Part shown: piece by piece, positions 1-12,097 of the stretch
Layout of the letters: every line of letters begins with the position of its first letter
How positions within the stretch are numbered: the first letter of the stretch is position 1
NCBI GenBank assembly: GCA_951406725.2
Contig: OX597816.1
Location: forward strand, 55,428,001 to 55,492,000
Source: Octopus vulgaris
Lineage: Eukaryota
Direction: 5' to 3'
DNA: 64,000 nucleotides
Translations under genes and position numbers: made by a program
The notes under the pieces: model-generated
What the model was told of the DNA's origin: nothing
Seen by the model: only the letters and a program-made list of their open reading frames with translations
The model's database searches: none

Positions 1-380
1 TTAAAAATCGATCCCAGGTGGACACCTGCTTGTACACTAAATTCCTTGCTATTCTTAATGGCGACATTCACCTTACTAACAGCTTCTCTGTGTCTGTTTT
101 ATACAATTCTCACCAACCTCTTATATATCCCTAGATTCCGCACTAGATAAGGGAGTGGGGCACCCTCTTAAAATCAATCTCCATGTCAGCAAAACCCAAA
201 TGCAGAGGTTTATTTCTAGCCAAGTGGTCCCCTGCGTTTACCTCATCAGGAAGATAGCATCCGTATTATTTCTTGCATCCAATATTTCCTCTGTTAATGA
301 AATCTTGGTAATATTCCTTTATCGTGATTGACTACAAAGCCGGGTCTGGAGAAATGATTCACTTCCTAACGAAACAGAAG
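1..380 (-). mobile_element. Decayed RTE-clade LINE reverse transcriptase fragment
   Basis: Minus-strand translation across frameshifts gives TDAIFLMR..., ARNKPLHFG-FADMEIDFKRVPHSLI and EAVSKVNVAIKNSKEFSVQAGVHLGS. These resemble the RTE RT motifs TTDAIF / AFVDxEKAFDRVP / F.V.VGVHQGS. Runs off the window start. Confidence 0.7.
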
Positions 381-522
381 AATTTCAACGAGAATCCTTC
401 ATCAGTTCTCTGGGTTTTATTCCTTGTTTGTCTATACTTTTTCTGCCTTTTCAAATATTCAGTTTGATGATTTTATACGTGTAATGTGAGACTGAGAAAA
501 TAGAGAGAGAATTAGGAATAAC

Positions 523-690
523 ATGTATGTACGTATGTATGTATATATGTATGTATGAATGTATGTATGAATGTATGTATGTATGTATGTATGTATGTAT
601 GTATGTATGTATGTATGTATGTATGTATGTATGCATATGTGCGTCTTTGTATTTCTGTACGGGTGTGTGTGCACGCGGGCGGGCGTGCTT
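523..690. repeat. (TATG)n / (TG)n compound microsatellite
   Basis: Directly visible tandem repeats; source of the spurious MYVC/HTYI ORFs. Confidence 0.95.
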
Positions 691-904
691 GCGTCTATGT
701 GTGTGTATCTCACTAGAGGAAGCGAAATACACAAAAAGAGAAATGGAGGAAATGAAACATTAAAAATGCAGAGAGATATCAGTAATAAAGGAAATGTAAT
801 TGAGATATAATAGAGATTAAGAAGAAAAGGTTACGAGTAAAAATAAAGTTTCTGATGGATTGACAAGCGCCATGAGGTTTAAAGGAAACAAAATTGGATA
901 AAAC

Positions 905-942
<38 letters not shown>

Positions 943-1131
943 AGAGTATTGTAGAGGCTACATGCGTAGGAAAGACAAGAATTACAGAGAAATATAAAAA
1001 TATATTATACACAAACATATATATATATGTGTATACGCGAGGCTATATATTGTCATACATGGATATACCTTCATACGTATTTATATATATATATATGTAT
1101 ATGTATATTCATGTATATATATGTGTGTGTG

Positions 1132-1162
<31 letters not shown>

Positions 1163-1549
1163 CCCTTGTATATATGATGTAGTACAGAGCACATATTGTT
1201 ATACACAAGCATATGCATTGCTATGCATATATATATATATATATATATTGCTGTCTGCAAATGTATGCATTGACATACGTAAAGAAATCAGCGTGAATGA
1301 GAGAACATGATCAGTGAGGTTCTAACCGCTTTCGTTCTGTCAGGCGTTTTATAACACTAGGCAATAAAGATTTTGTTACAGAAAACCAAATATGGTATCC
1401 TAGCTAAATTCGAAATGATGATTTCAAACCTAAACTTAAATATTTTCTATCACTTCTAGACTTTGTGTAAAATTCAAATCGCTTCGTAAAATATCCTACA
1501 ACGTCCAGATCTTGGTTTTAATCGGTTTAATGCTAGTAATATAAGACTT

Positions 1550-1852
1550 GGAGGCGCAATGGCCCAGTGGTTAGGGCAGCGGACTCGCGGTCGTAGGATC
1601 GCGGTTTCGATTCTCAGACCGGGCATTGTTAGTGTTTATTGAGCGAAAACACCTAGAAGCTCCACAAGCCCCCGGTAGGGGGTGGTGATCCCTGCTGTAC
1701 TCTTTCACCACTCTTTCTCCCACTCTTTCTTCTGTTGGCCTGCTCACTTAGCCAGCGGGGTTGCATCATTCGAAGGCTAAAACAATGCGATGGCATTGTG
1801 ACCAGCGATGTGTAACTACATCTGATGGACTGGTCAGTCACGTGATCACGTG
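1550..1852 (+). mobile_element. tRNA-derived SINE, family A (tail type 1), inserted in the TIR transposon
   Basis: Pol III A box (TGGCCCAGTGG) and B box (GGTTTCGATTC), (CACGTGAT) tail, and a 12-bp TSD AATATAAGACTT at 1538-1549 and 1853-1864. Confidence 0.9.
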
Positions 1853-2155
1853 AATATAAGACTTACTTTTCAGGGTTAAAGCAATTTTTGTTTGCCAACT
1901 ATATACAAATTCTAGCGATTTTGACCAATGAAATTTATCCCGAGTCGGCAACACTGAGTCAAGAGCATAGCAACGGTCTAACTGTCAGTCGCTACGTAAC
2001 AGTAGAGCGATTGTTGAAACTCTCTGCTTGTAAGCAAGTAACAGGCTGTGGTGACCTGTGGGTTTTTATAGCATTTGTTTTGATACTACAATGTATATCC
2101 TTTTATTTTGTACATCCTAATTATTATTTTCTAAATTATTTTTTTCAGACATTGT

Positions 2156-2880
2156 ATGGTAATTAAAATGCAATCTAATAGACGAGCTTGTGAAAATCAC
2201 TCATGCAATTTCTGCTATATCTGTGGACAATATACACTTATGCCACAACAGAGGAACATAACAAAGGCTAAACTTGCCTTCAAGTATTATTTTGACTGTA
2301 AGTTAGGAGAGCAAGAGAGCGGCTGGGCACCACATACTTGCTGTGCGCAGTGCAATGCAGTGTTAATGACTTTGAAAGAAAAACCTATGTCGTTCTCAGT
2401 CACCATGGTTTGGTGTGAGCCGAGAAATCACTTGAATGGTTATTTCTGTTTGAGAAATATTGCTGGTTTCGCAAAGGAAAATAAATCAAAAATCTTTTAT
2501 CCAAACTACGAATCAGCAATAAAACCAACACCTCATGAGGAAACAAATCCAATACCAGTTCCAACAGCAACTACAATAGACAGCAGTTCATCTCAACATT
2601 CTCGTAGTGATATAGAATTAGGGAATGAACGCGTATACATTCCAAATGCCACTAGTTCCCTACATCTGTTAAGTCAAGAGGAGTTACATGACAGTGGAAT
2701 GGAATTTTCTCCAGCTAAACGCCAAAGTTTTCCCATTTCCGCCATCCCCATTTATAATTTTCATCATTTTACTTACAGGAGAAAAACGTTTGTTTCTGCC
2801 ACGATATAAGTGGCTTGGTGGAAAGGATTGGCTTTCGCTATGATCAAGAAAAATAGAGACTCTGTACTGACTCTAGTAAA
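2156..2880 (+). pseudogene. Truncated Cys-rich transposase-associated protein (FCYICG...WAPHxCCxxC...MVWxEPxNH..YFC family)
   Basis: ORF 2156-2809 has FCYICGQYT, LGEQESGWAPHTCCAQC, MVWCEPRNH, YFCL and YPNYESAIKPTPH, motifs I recognise from a widespread invertebrate TIR-transposon protein family. It degenerates after ~2700. Superfamily not assigned. Confidence 0.7.
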
Positions 2881-4129
2881 GCTAACCGTAAAGCTGTATC
2901 ACTGAACAACTGCGATGAAAAACATAATTATTAAAGTAGGCTTAACATAAAACGTGGGACGGAAAAGTAGTTTAGACGTCTTTCGTAATAAAAAACAGGT
3001 GAGAAATAATAGAAAACAGGGGTTTAAGGTTACAATAAATCTGGACGTAGTAGAGAAATGTAGATATCAGATCTGAAATTAGCATCAGAAATTGGGTAGG
3101 AGTCAGTAGTTTAAGTGTCTGTAACCAAACAAGGAGTTGAAATTTGTTGCCTAGTGTAATCAGAGGTAACTTGGTTTTACTGTAATTGTAAATACACCGT
3201 GAAATTAAAGTAGGAAATATTTAGATTTGTGTCTCTGGGTGCACAAATACGTGAATAATTGTAAATAGGAAGTAAGTTGTAATTGTTGATGGAATGTTTT
3301 AGATAAAATTCTGATGGACATTTGTTGTATCAAAAATTAAGAGTAAAGTGGGTGCTAGTATACTTGATGTCAAAAACTAGGAAAATTTATCTGAATGATA
3401 TTTTACAGCGTTGGCAGCGAACCTTATTTGAATTCTCCGTTCTTGTCAAAAAATGACAGGCGAGATAATCCTTGCGGATAATTTTCCTGAAATATGAATT
3501 ACAGACGGGATTACATCTGAGCATTAGTATTACGGTGACAGCTGTGGACATATTGTGATCTCCTTAAACCTTTGGTAGCTACATTTAGTCTAACCACTCC
3601 TAAAGACATTAAAATGACCGACTGGTATGAGAGTTTTGTGACTAAGCCCTGGGTGACGTAACGTGGCATTATAACTTCTATTTAACATTCTTAAATAAGA
3701 GTTGGACAAAAAGTTCATTCAGAGCAAATAATAAACAAAATATGCCAAAGTTGTCATGATAGTGCTTAACAGCAAATTCATTATACTGCATATTTAATTA
3801 AAATCCTTATAATTAAGTCTGTGACTCATCTGCTGCTTTTCACAAGAATTAGCATGTGCACGCGCAATATACACTATGATGGTAGTCATGATTATATTAA
3901 GAGGACTTGAAGTATCCACAGGTAAACATCAAAGTAAGTTCCATCTTTTTATTACCTTAAATTAATTGTAAGTATAGAAATTGTCATTTCTCTAATATAT
4001 TTTGAACCAGGTTGAATCGCGGAGATAATTATTATAATCATCATTAATTAATCAATTACTGTTATTAAAAATTTTTTCTGCATTATGCAGACGATGCCCT
4101 TTGTCATTATCCCACTAATCATTCCTATT

Positions 4130-4540
4130 TGGTAAGTAGCTTGCTTACGAACCACATAGTTCTGGGTTCAGTCCCACTGCGTGGCACCTTGGGCAAGTAT
4201 CTTCTACTGTAGCCTCGGGCCGACCAAAGCCTTGTGAGTGGATTTGGTAGACGGAAACTGAAAGCCCGTCGTATATATGTATATATATATATGTGTGTAT
4301 GTGTGTGTGTGTATGTTTGAGTATCTGTGCTTGTCCCCCCCAACATCGCTTGACAACCGATGCTGGTGTGTTTACGTCCCCGTAACTTAGCGGTTCGGCA
4401 AAAGAGACCGATAGAATAAGTACTAGGCTTACAAAGAATAAGTCCCGGAGTCGATTAGCTCGACTAAAGGCGGTGCTCCAGCATGGCCACAGTCAAATGA
4501 CTGAAACAAGTAAAAGATTCAAAAGATTTAAAAGATTTAC
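4130..4540 (+). mobile_element. tRNA-derived SINE, family B (5'-truncated)
   Basis: GGTAAGTAGCTTG...GGTTCAGTCCCACTGCGTGGCACCTTGGGCAAG, internal (TA)/(TG) tract and (AAAAGATT)n tail. Similar copies at 39880 and 63481. Confidence 0.9.
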
Positions 4541-5670
4541 GTGTATGCTATAGTCTGTGATTTTGTTACGGACAGGATGTTCGAACAAAGAACCAATGTA
4601 AAATTTGGCATTAAACTTAGGAGTTTTGCTTCAGAGATATTGAGCATGCTTCGGCAAGCTTACTGCGACGAAGCAATGAGTCGTACGCAATGTTTCGAGT
4701 CATACGGCCGCTTCAAAATTGGAAGAGCGAGCTGGAGGAAGTGCAACGAGTGTCAGCCCCGGAAATGGGGAGAATGTTCATCAGCTTGTGCATGACGATC
4801 GTCGGAGGACAATCATTGACATTGCTGATGTTGTTGGCCAGTCGTATGAGTCCATGCAAGAAATCCTAACTGAACACGCAGCGTATCCCTGCCTAGTTTT
4901 TGTTCCCTGCCTGCTGACCACTAAGCATAGAGAATATCACATCGAAATCTGTCAAGATCTACGTCAAAGTGTCACTGATGACCCATTCTTCATGTCGAAG
5001 ACCATCACTGGTAACGACAGTTGGTTCTACGGCTATGAAAATCAGACGGAGCAGCAGCTGTCACAATGGAAGCGGCCTTCATCATCACGACAAAAGAAGG
5101 CACGACATAGCCGCAATACAATCAAGAGCATGCTCATCGTTTTCTTTTTGCGATATCCATGATATTGTGCATCGAGAATTCGCTCTCTAGGGTCAGGCCA
5201 TCAATCGAGAGCCCTAACGTTTTCAAACGTTTGACGGAGGACATTTGTCGAAAATGACCAGATTTGGTGGGCGCAAAGAATTGGATTCTTCACGTCGACA
5301 ATACACCGAGTCACCGAGTTCTCCTCGCCGGTTTCTCGCAAAAAACAACAAAGCATCGTTTCTGCATCCACCATATTTACAAGTTTTATCACTTGCAGAC
5401 TTCCATCTCTTCACCAAGATGAAAATGCAGCTCATATTTCGCTGTTTTGATAACGTTGTCGGTCGAAATGAAGAGCGAAATTGCAGAAGGTCCTTGACTC
5501 ACATGCAAAAAAAAACGACTTCCAGGCTGGATTCCAAATGTGGCAGGAGCGCTGAGACCGGTGTTTTGCTGCGGAAAGTGACTCGAGGGAGTTGATGTTA
5601 AAATGTAGTTAACTAAGCTATTTTTTATTAAACAGTTACTGGTCCGGGACCTAGTTGATACCACCTCGTA
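4541..5670 (+). mobile_element. Decayed mariner (DD34D-type) transposon
   Basis: Frameshifted transposase: MFEQRTNVKFGIKL, DRRRTIIDIA (HTH), ITGNDSWFYGYE..T.QQ.SQW, WILHVDNTPSH, HPPYLQVLSLADFHLF. 3' TIR-like TTGATACCACCTCGTA ends at 5670. Confidence 0.9.
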
Positions 5671-6234
5671 TGAATATCATATATTTATTCTTGCCACTTT
5701 GTTAGTAAGTTAGCACGCGCGTTTCGCTCAGCCCGTTGGATACTGCTCTCGCTTGCAGCAAGTTACCTCATGGTTCAATGGTAAAGGCCGATCAATCGAC
5801 AACATATATAGAGAGATATTTGATAAACATTAGATGAAATGAAATGAGATGAAATTTGCGAATTGTTAGATTTTCTACGAAGATTTTATAATGATAGCTT
5901 TGCTTGGATGACTATAATGGTTTACTAAGATATATTATCATTCATGGTTTTAGTGCATCTGCACCGTATACTTTAGTGTCACGTTTGTTGCATACATTTA
6001 GTCTAGCGTTTCTCTACCGTATTCCGTATTTTTATACTTCACAATTATACAAGGAGTGTGATAACTTGAATGTATACATTTGTTTATATAAGAAAATTAC
6101 ATATAAACATGCACACACACGCACGCGCGCTTCCACACTAATACAAGCAAACGCACATACACATTCATATATAAATTTCCTTATAAATGTCCTGAAACTC
6201 CACACAGCCTTGGATTTGTTATCTCACTCTCCTT

Positions 6235-6405
<171 letters not shown>

Positions 6406-6512
6406 AATATGTTACATTACTCGATAGTCAAGATAAAACTCTGAGTTTCAGATGCCGAAGTGGAAATCCACAAAACCATCTCTTCGGTTATCTGGCTATT
6501 TGGAATAAAGAA

Positions 6513-7016
6513 TTGTGCCCGCTAAATGGAGCTTGCATGTCCAAGAACATCATATATGAAGCTACCGTAAACTCTATAACCGTTAAAGACACCGTTTCGA
6601 CGAAGAAATACGTGGGCCTTACAGAGGGTAATTTCAAGGCCAGGTTCAATAACCACACTTTGAGCTTTAGGCACTGGAACAAAAGAAAAGCGACACAATT
6701 ATCTAATCATATTTGGTCTTTAAGGGATAAAGGTGTCGATTATAACATACATTGGAAGATTTTGGCCAGATGTAAGCCCTATACCAACGGCAGCGGAAGG
6801 TGCGGTCTATGCGACATGGAGAGATGGTTTATCTGGAAAAGCAGCTTAGACCCTACCACATGTCTAAACACAAGGACAGAACTTTTCGGATCATGCCCAC
6901 ATGTGACTAAATTTCTGTTACATTTTTGGTCCCCTAAAGAAAACAAATATGTTATGTCCCAAGAAGATTTTATATTTTTATATATTTTTATATATTTTTT
7001 ATGTATTTTTATATAA
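6513..7016 (+). CDS. GIY-YIG endonuclease domain of a Penelope-like retroelement (open frame, no RT, non-ATG start)
   Basis: CPLNGAC..NIIYEA...KYVGLTEGNFKARFNNH..SF...LSNHIW.L...W.IL...CGLCDME...LNTRTELFGSCPH. The IY/YVG, R, E and N signature residues and a Cys/His cluster are typical of PLE endonucleases. Confidence 0.85.
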   Translation: MCPLNGACMSKNIIYEATVNSITVKDTVSTKKYVGLTEGNFKARFNNHTLSFRHWNKRKATQLSNHIWSLRDKGVDYNIHWKILARCKPYTNGSGRCGLCDMERWFIWKSSLDPTTCLNTRTELFGSCPHVTKFLLHFWSPKENKYVMSQEDFIFLYIFIYFLCIFI

Positions 7017-7124
7017 TTTTTATGACGAAAAATGCGAGCGATGTATAAGTACGCAGGCAAGCAGAGTTATAACACAGTAATTTCCCTTTATATAACGGTA
7101 TTTTTTCATAGCGTTTTCAAATAG

Positions 7125-7192
7125 CCAGATAACCGAAGAGATGGTGTTGTGGATTTCCACTTCGGCATCTGAAACACAGAGTTTTATCTTGA
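7125..7192 (+). ncRNA. Variant type I hammerhead ribozyme-like motif in the right repeat (mirror copy on minus strand at ~6429-6496)
   Basis: Stem I AGATAA/TTATCT; core CCGAAGA (CUGANGA with U4C); stem II GATG..CATC enclosing GTGGA/TCCAC; GAAAC-ACAGA-GTT. The other copy reads GAAACTCAGAGTT, a near-palindromic stem III. Confidence 0.6.
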
Positions 7193-7287
7193 CTATCGAG
7201 TAACGTAACATATTATTGTATAGATAAATTTCCTCTATTTACATAATATTGAGGTCTCTTTCTTTCTTTTGTTATCTTACCGTTTTA

Positions 7288-7370
<83 letters not shown>

Positions 7371-9510
7371 TAATATTAAATTTATGCATTCAGATATAAG
7401 CAGCCAAGAAAACATTTGCTTTTCATTTGATCCTCCCCGTAATGTTGTGTGAACAGAAATTGATCTATCTAGAATGAAACTTCATCATGTAGCATTTTCC
7501 ACCAAAAACATATTACAATAATTTATCTTACAGTAATGCACACACCAGAAAGTATTGCTCTATTTCACGTGTTGCCCTGCGCTCAAATAATACTTGTGCT
7601 TTATTGTGTAGCAGTGAAAATTTTTTGTTCAGATATAAATATATATTTATATACATATATGAATTTTGCAGAGGCTGCCTACATTGTAGAATATCCACAG
7701 CCCAACGATTTAAAACTATTACCGCTAGAATATTATAGTATTGATAGTATCAAAGCTTGCACAATACATACCTCGTCGGACAAATATCTTGTAGTATTTC
7801 TTCGGCTACTTTACGTTGTGAGTTCAATTCCCACTGGCATCACTTTTACATGTCCTCTCCGAGGAGTCGATACAATATTGTCCCAAACACAGACGAAAAA
7901 TCGGTGTAATCGGTTAATTATCTTCCTTCAAATCTACTAACATGGCGCTTAAAAATTAGATAGCAATATTGATAATAATTCATGCATGCATGCATCCAAG
8001 CACCCTAACATATTCATACAATAATATTTACTGCCATGCGTCTGTTTCTTCCAAAGTGAATAGCACTGTTTCTTTGTTATTTTCACCGTTTCGAGCCAAT
8101 CAGTCCGTCCACTTCCTATCAACTAGTTCCTCCGACCTCATCTCTAAGTGGGCTAGAGGATAGCTTATAACTATAATTCCTTCCTCAAACCATCTTTTGG
8201 ATTATAATGCAGTCTTTTTTTTGCTTTGAGGGAAGAAATGACCGCAGTATTTGACCAGTGCTGTTACGTACTACTCAAATACTAGTGCTGTTACTAGCCA
8301 CAGAAGTTTCACATGTAAAGTTGATATCATGAAGTTTTGAACACACAACGCAAATATCTGATAATCACATCCAATTCAACTACAGACTTCTACGACTTGC
8401 TTTTTCCTCTTTCCAGTGGTGGTATTGAATCGATAGTGGCACTCATATTTGTGGATTCGCACGAAAGCACTAATTTCTCTCCTGTAGTGCAAGACCAACC
8501 GATTAACAAATCCGTCAATAACTCAGTGAAATGAAACTTTGCCGAACCATTAATTTATGGCTTCTGGATATCAATACAATAGAAATATTTAAGGATTTTT
8601 GACAAAATCGTTTTAGATAGTTAGCATTCATGTCATGAACGGGCATCAAAACAAACAAAATTGTATAATGCATCGCTTTGATAAATATTCCACCACGGCA
8701 AATTAAAGTTAAGTCATAAGAATTTCTAATGTTTCATTACCTTAGTAACAAAGTGTTCATCTATGCTTCTACTTTTTCGAAAGAACATGCAATAATGCAG
8801 CACGAAACTTTGTCAGTGAACAGGTCGCGGTCTCAAAGCGACGAAAATATTTTGACAAATTAAATTTAAATGTTGAAGTGAATCTAACGGTTTTGTGCGT
8901 TTCTTAAATGGCCTATAAACACCTTCCACGCTGCATGTAATAACTGTTTTCTGATAAACAATTTTAGAATTTTGGGATTACATGTCAGTGGGTTTACCAT
9001 TTTCGGAGAAACACTGACTTATGAGAATGAAGTGTTTATAGAAATACTATGAATGCAATGAGTTTTAGAGACACGAGTTTGAATGCTCGATCGCGAAATA
9101 CATTGTGTGTAGAGAGTGTGTGAGTATAATTCTACACTTTTATTTAGAGGAAATAATTTAAAATAAACAAATAATTATGCACTATATTCCATCTTCTACA
9201 GTAACTTTACACCAAATGAAGTTAATTAATAAAATATCAGAAGAAATGTTTTAAAAGCTTCAATTTTAAAATTATCCTACACCATAAGGACCTATATAAA
9301 TATATTGCGTTGAAAATAAATGTTATATTAAAGTTATAGCTTTAAAGCATGCTTCACAGCCTTAATGGAACATAGAGTAATAGAGAGACTCAGTGGTGGG
9401 AGTAGAGTCAAACTTATTGGGAAATTCGTTTGGGTTCGGTCATCCGGCTTTATTCAACCGATCACGCAAAGGATAATATGTTAATTGTTGTTTTAATATT
9501 TAAAAACATT

Positions 9511-9725
9511 AGGGCAACGAGCTGGCAGAATCGTTAGCACGTGGGGCGAAATGCTTAGACGCATTTCGTCTGTTTTTACGTTCTGAGTTCAAATTCCGTC
9601 AAGGTTGACTTTGCCTTTCATCCTTTCGGGGTCGATAAATTAAGTACCAGTTGCGTACTGGGGTTAATCTAATCGACTAGTCCCCTCCCACAAAATTTCG
9701 TGCCTTGTGAGTAGAGTAGAAAATA
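9511..9725 (+). mobile_element. tRNA-derived SINE, family C
   Basis: GAGCTGGCAGAATCGTTAGCAC...GAGTTCAAATTCC...GCCTTTCATCCTTTCGGGGTCGATAAATTAAGTACCAG; many copies in the window. Confidence 0.9.
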
Positions 9726-9730
9726 ATAGC

Positions 9731-9819
9731 ACTATGCCATATGTCCACGGGCATATGTCGTAGTGGTTAAGAGCGCGGGCTATCAACCTCAAAACTCCGA
9801 GTTCGATTTCAGACAGTGA

Positions 9820-9854
<35 letters not shown>

Positions 9855-10026
9855 TCGAAAAATACCTTAGGAATGAGAACCTAAGTTCGAAATTTCCCCA
9901 AGGCACCTGATGAAAGCTGGAGGGTATATCAGCCAAAACGTTGTGTTAACAACGAACAAGGTGAAGACAAATATCCGTCAAGTGTAAATAATGTACATAA
10001 TTCCTCATCTTTTAAATATAGAACTG
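9731..10026 (+). mobile_element. tRNA-headed SINE-like element with (AAT)n linker and hammerhead-like 3' region, copy 1
   Basis: 5' hairpin ACTATGCCATATGTCC-ACG-GGCATATGTCGTAGT, A box (TGTCGTAGTGG), B box (GAGTTCGATT), (AAT)n, then GGCAC-CTGATGA-A-AGCTG..CAGCC-AAAACGTT-GTGTT. Homologous to 46795-47119. Confidence 0.85.
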
Positions 10027-10669
10027 TACCATTTTGATAATTACTTTCATAATTTTGATTATTCCTTTAATTTATATAATTAAACATATGTTCCCCTGGG
10101 TGAATGGTTGTTAATGTTGAGAGGGAATAAAACGACACAGCACAACATTATAATAGTATTTAATGAAGAACAAGAATGGAATAACATACGTCGAAAAGTG
10201 GGTGAAACTGGAGGAATCTATTTTGCAATATAGATATAGTTTTGCTCTTTGATCTGACCAGTAGCCTGCAATATAATAAACTCGAAAGGACTATTTAGTG
10301 TACGGAAAGTTGAATGCTATATTCAAACGGACATACGTAATACCTATCTCATTTATTTTGTTTTAGGAAACTCTTTAAGTGAGTCATATGAAACTTCATA
10401 ATTTATAAAAAAATTGCAAACATCCAACACCATTAGGGGATCTTGCGTTGCTAACGGCAAGTAGATTCCTTAAAATTATTCATAGAAAAACTGGCTGTGC
10501 ATGAAGGAAGGAATCTTCGTCAGTTAAACGATAGTGTTTAAAAGAACAACAGAAAGTAAGAGTAACCAAATTGAATATCCTACTGAAAGAATTCGAAGAA
10601 ATAATAAATTTCTGATTCGGTTGGTTGAATCAATAAACATTACAAACGAGATTCTATTAGGCGCAGTGG

Positions 10670-10790
10670 TGAAGGTGGTCGGATGGCAGCATCATTAGCA
10701 TGTCGGACAAGATGTTTAGCAGCATTTCGTCCGATTTTAGGTCCGGAGTTCAACGGCCACCGAGATTGATTTTTGCCTTTCAGGGGCAAA
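10670..10790 (+). mobile_element. Degenerate family C SINE fragment
   Basis: ATGGCAGCATCATTAGCATGTCGGACAAGATG...GAGTTCAA...TTTTGCCTTTCA. Confidence 0.6.
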
Positions 10791-11995
10791 AGGAGTAACC
10801 TTTTGCAAGTAATAATCACTCCTGTAGTATAAAGTTGTTTTCTATAAAGTAAACCTTTTCTCTTCAATTATATGGAGATAAAATGGAATAACTTTGTAAG
10901 TGTACTTATCGACAGTGAAGCAGCACGAATGGGAAAACGCAGAATTTGTAAGTAAAGCATCAAATATTCATTTCGTGATTAATAGAAAGATATTTATGAC
11001 TGAAGCAACCTCTTCACTGTTGGTATTTTCAACATCATTAAGAGAGAAACAATTGAACAAATGCTGGTAAATCTACGCAAGGATATGGACACTAGATTTC
11101 AGAGGATATTTAACGCAGAGTGAAATGTAATCACCGTGAGAACATTGAGGTGGAGCTTGTAATCTATGAGAAAGTAACTCCTATCTGGCAGACTTCTTTT
11201 GTAACGACACTTGGTTTTATAAGGTCTTTAATTTGCGTTCTTTTTTCAAATCTGGCCCAGATCATCTTCACTTTTGATCCTTTCTGGAATGACAAAATAG
11301 TATAGATTGAGGGCGGTAGTTTGGTGTAATTGAGGAAATATCAGATGAAATGCCTACCTAGCAGTATTTGTTGCCACTGTGTACATTTCAGCAACTTTGG
11401 TTCCTTTAAAATAGCCCACTCTTTTGCAAGCCATTGATCTAAGTCTTCGATTTTTGGACCTCTACCGCGTCCTTCCATCCCACAATATTCACCGCATTTA
11501 TAAGCTCTTAATTTGAAAATATGCTTTCATATATAACTTTCATCAGGCTGTTATAACTCCCCCTATTATACGATTTATGTGTCCTTCAAATTTCATTAAA
11601 CTGTTGACAATGAGCTTCCAATAGATTATATTCTTCTAAATTGGGGCTGCTTCTGGGTAGAGCTCACATTCATCGACACACGCACAAATACACACACATA
11701 CATGACAACCATATTCATATAGGAATAAATTTACAATACCCAAACTCACAATTTGTAGGTTTGTAAGTAGGCAACTAAAACCCTTCAAAGCCACCATAAA
11801 GCACATTCCTGATGATATCGTTTTCTGCTAACCTCATAGCCACAACAATACAAATGCTGTTTGTCAGTTTCAGAGTCACCCTGTGCTTTATATATCTACT
11901 TTATTGGTGCCTGCTCCTCGTACCTGGCTGGGCTTGCACTAAACGCACCTAAACCTACAAAGTCTTCACGCATTTCAACTCTCATCACACATCTG

Positions 11996-11996
<1 letters not shown>

Positions 11997-12032
<36 letters not shown>

Positions 12033-12097
12033 CTCTCACTCTCTCGCTCTCTCTCACTCTCTCGCGCGCTCTCCTTCTCTCTCTCTCTCTATCTATC
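11997..12097. repeat. (CT)n microsatellite
   Basis: Directly visible. Confidence 0.95.

Larger units (their letters stand above)
1355..3156 (+). mobile_element. Internally deleted TIR DNA transposon carrying the N-terminus of a Cys-rich transposase-like ORF
   Basis: Left end CACTAGGCAATAAA (1355) is the inverse complement of right end TTTGTTGCCTAGTG (ends 3156). Longer imperfect subterminal inverted similarity is present (gttacaga..., gatgatttca, tacaacgtccagat vs atctggacgtag). TA-rich flanks. Confidence 0.75.

Noticed and set aside
225-260. Minus-strand CTGATGAGG as a hammerhead core
   Set aside because: It is the coding sequence FLMR inside the RTE RT fragment; there is no stem II or properly placed GAAA.
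451-1310. ORFs rich in [16 protein letters not shown] (and similar ones throughout the window)
   Set aside because: They are translations of (TATG)n, (TA)n, (GA)n, (TATC)n and (GAA)n microsatellites that simply lack stop codons.
1550-1625. Bona fide tRNA gene (likewise the heads at 9749, 39880 and 46817)
   Set aside because: A and B boxes are present, but the acceptor stem and terminator are not convincing, and each continues into a multi-copy SINE body.
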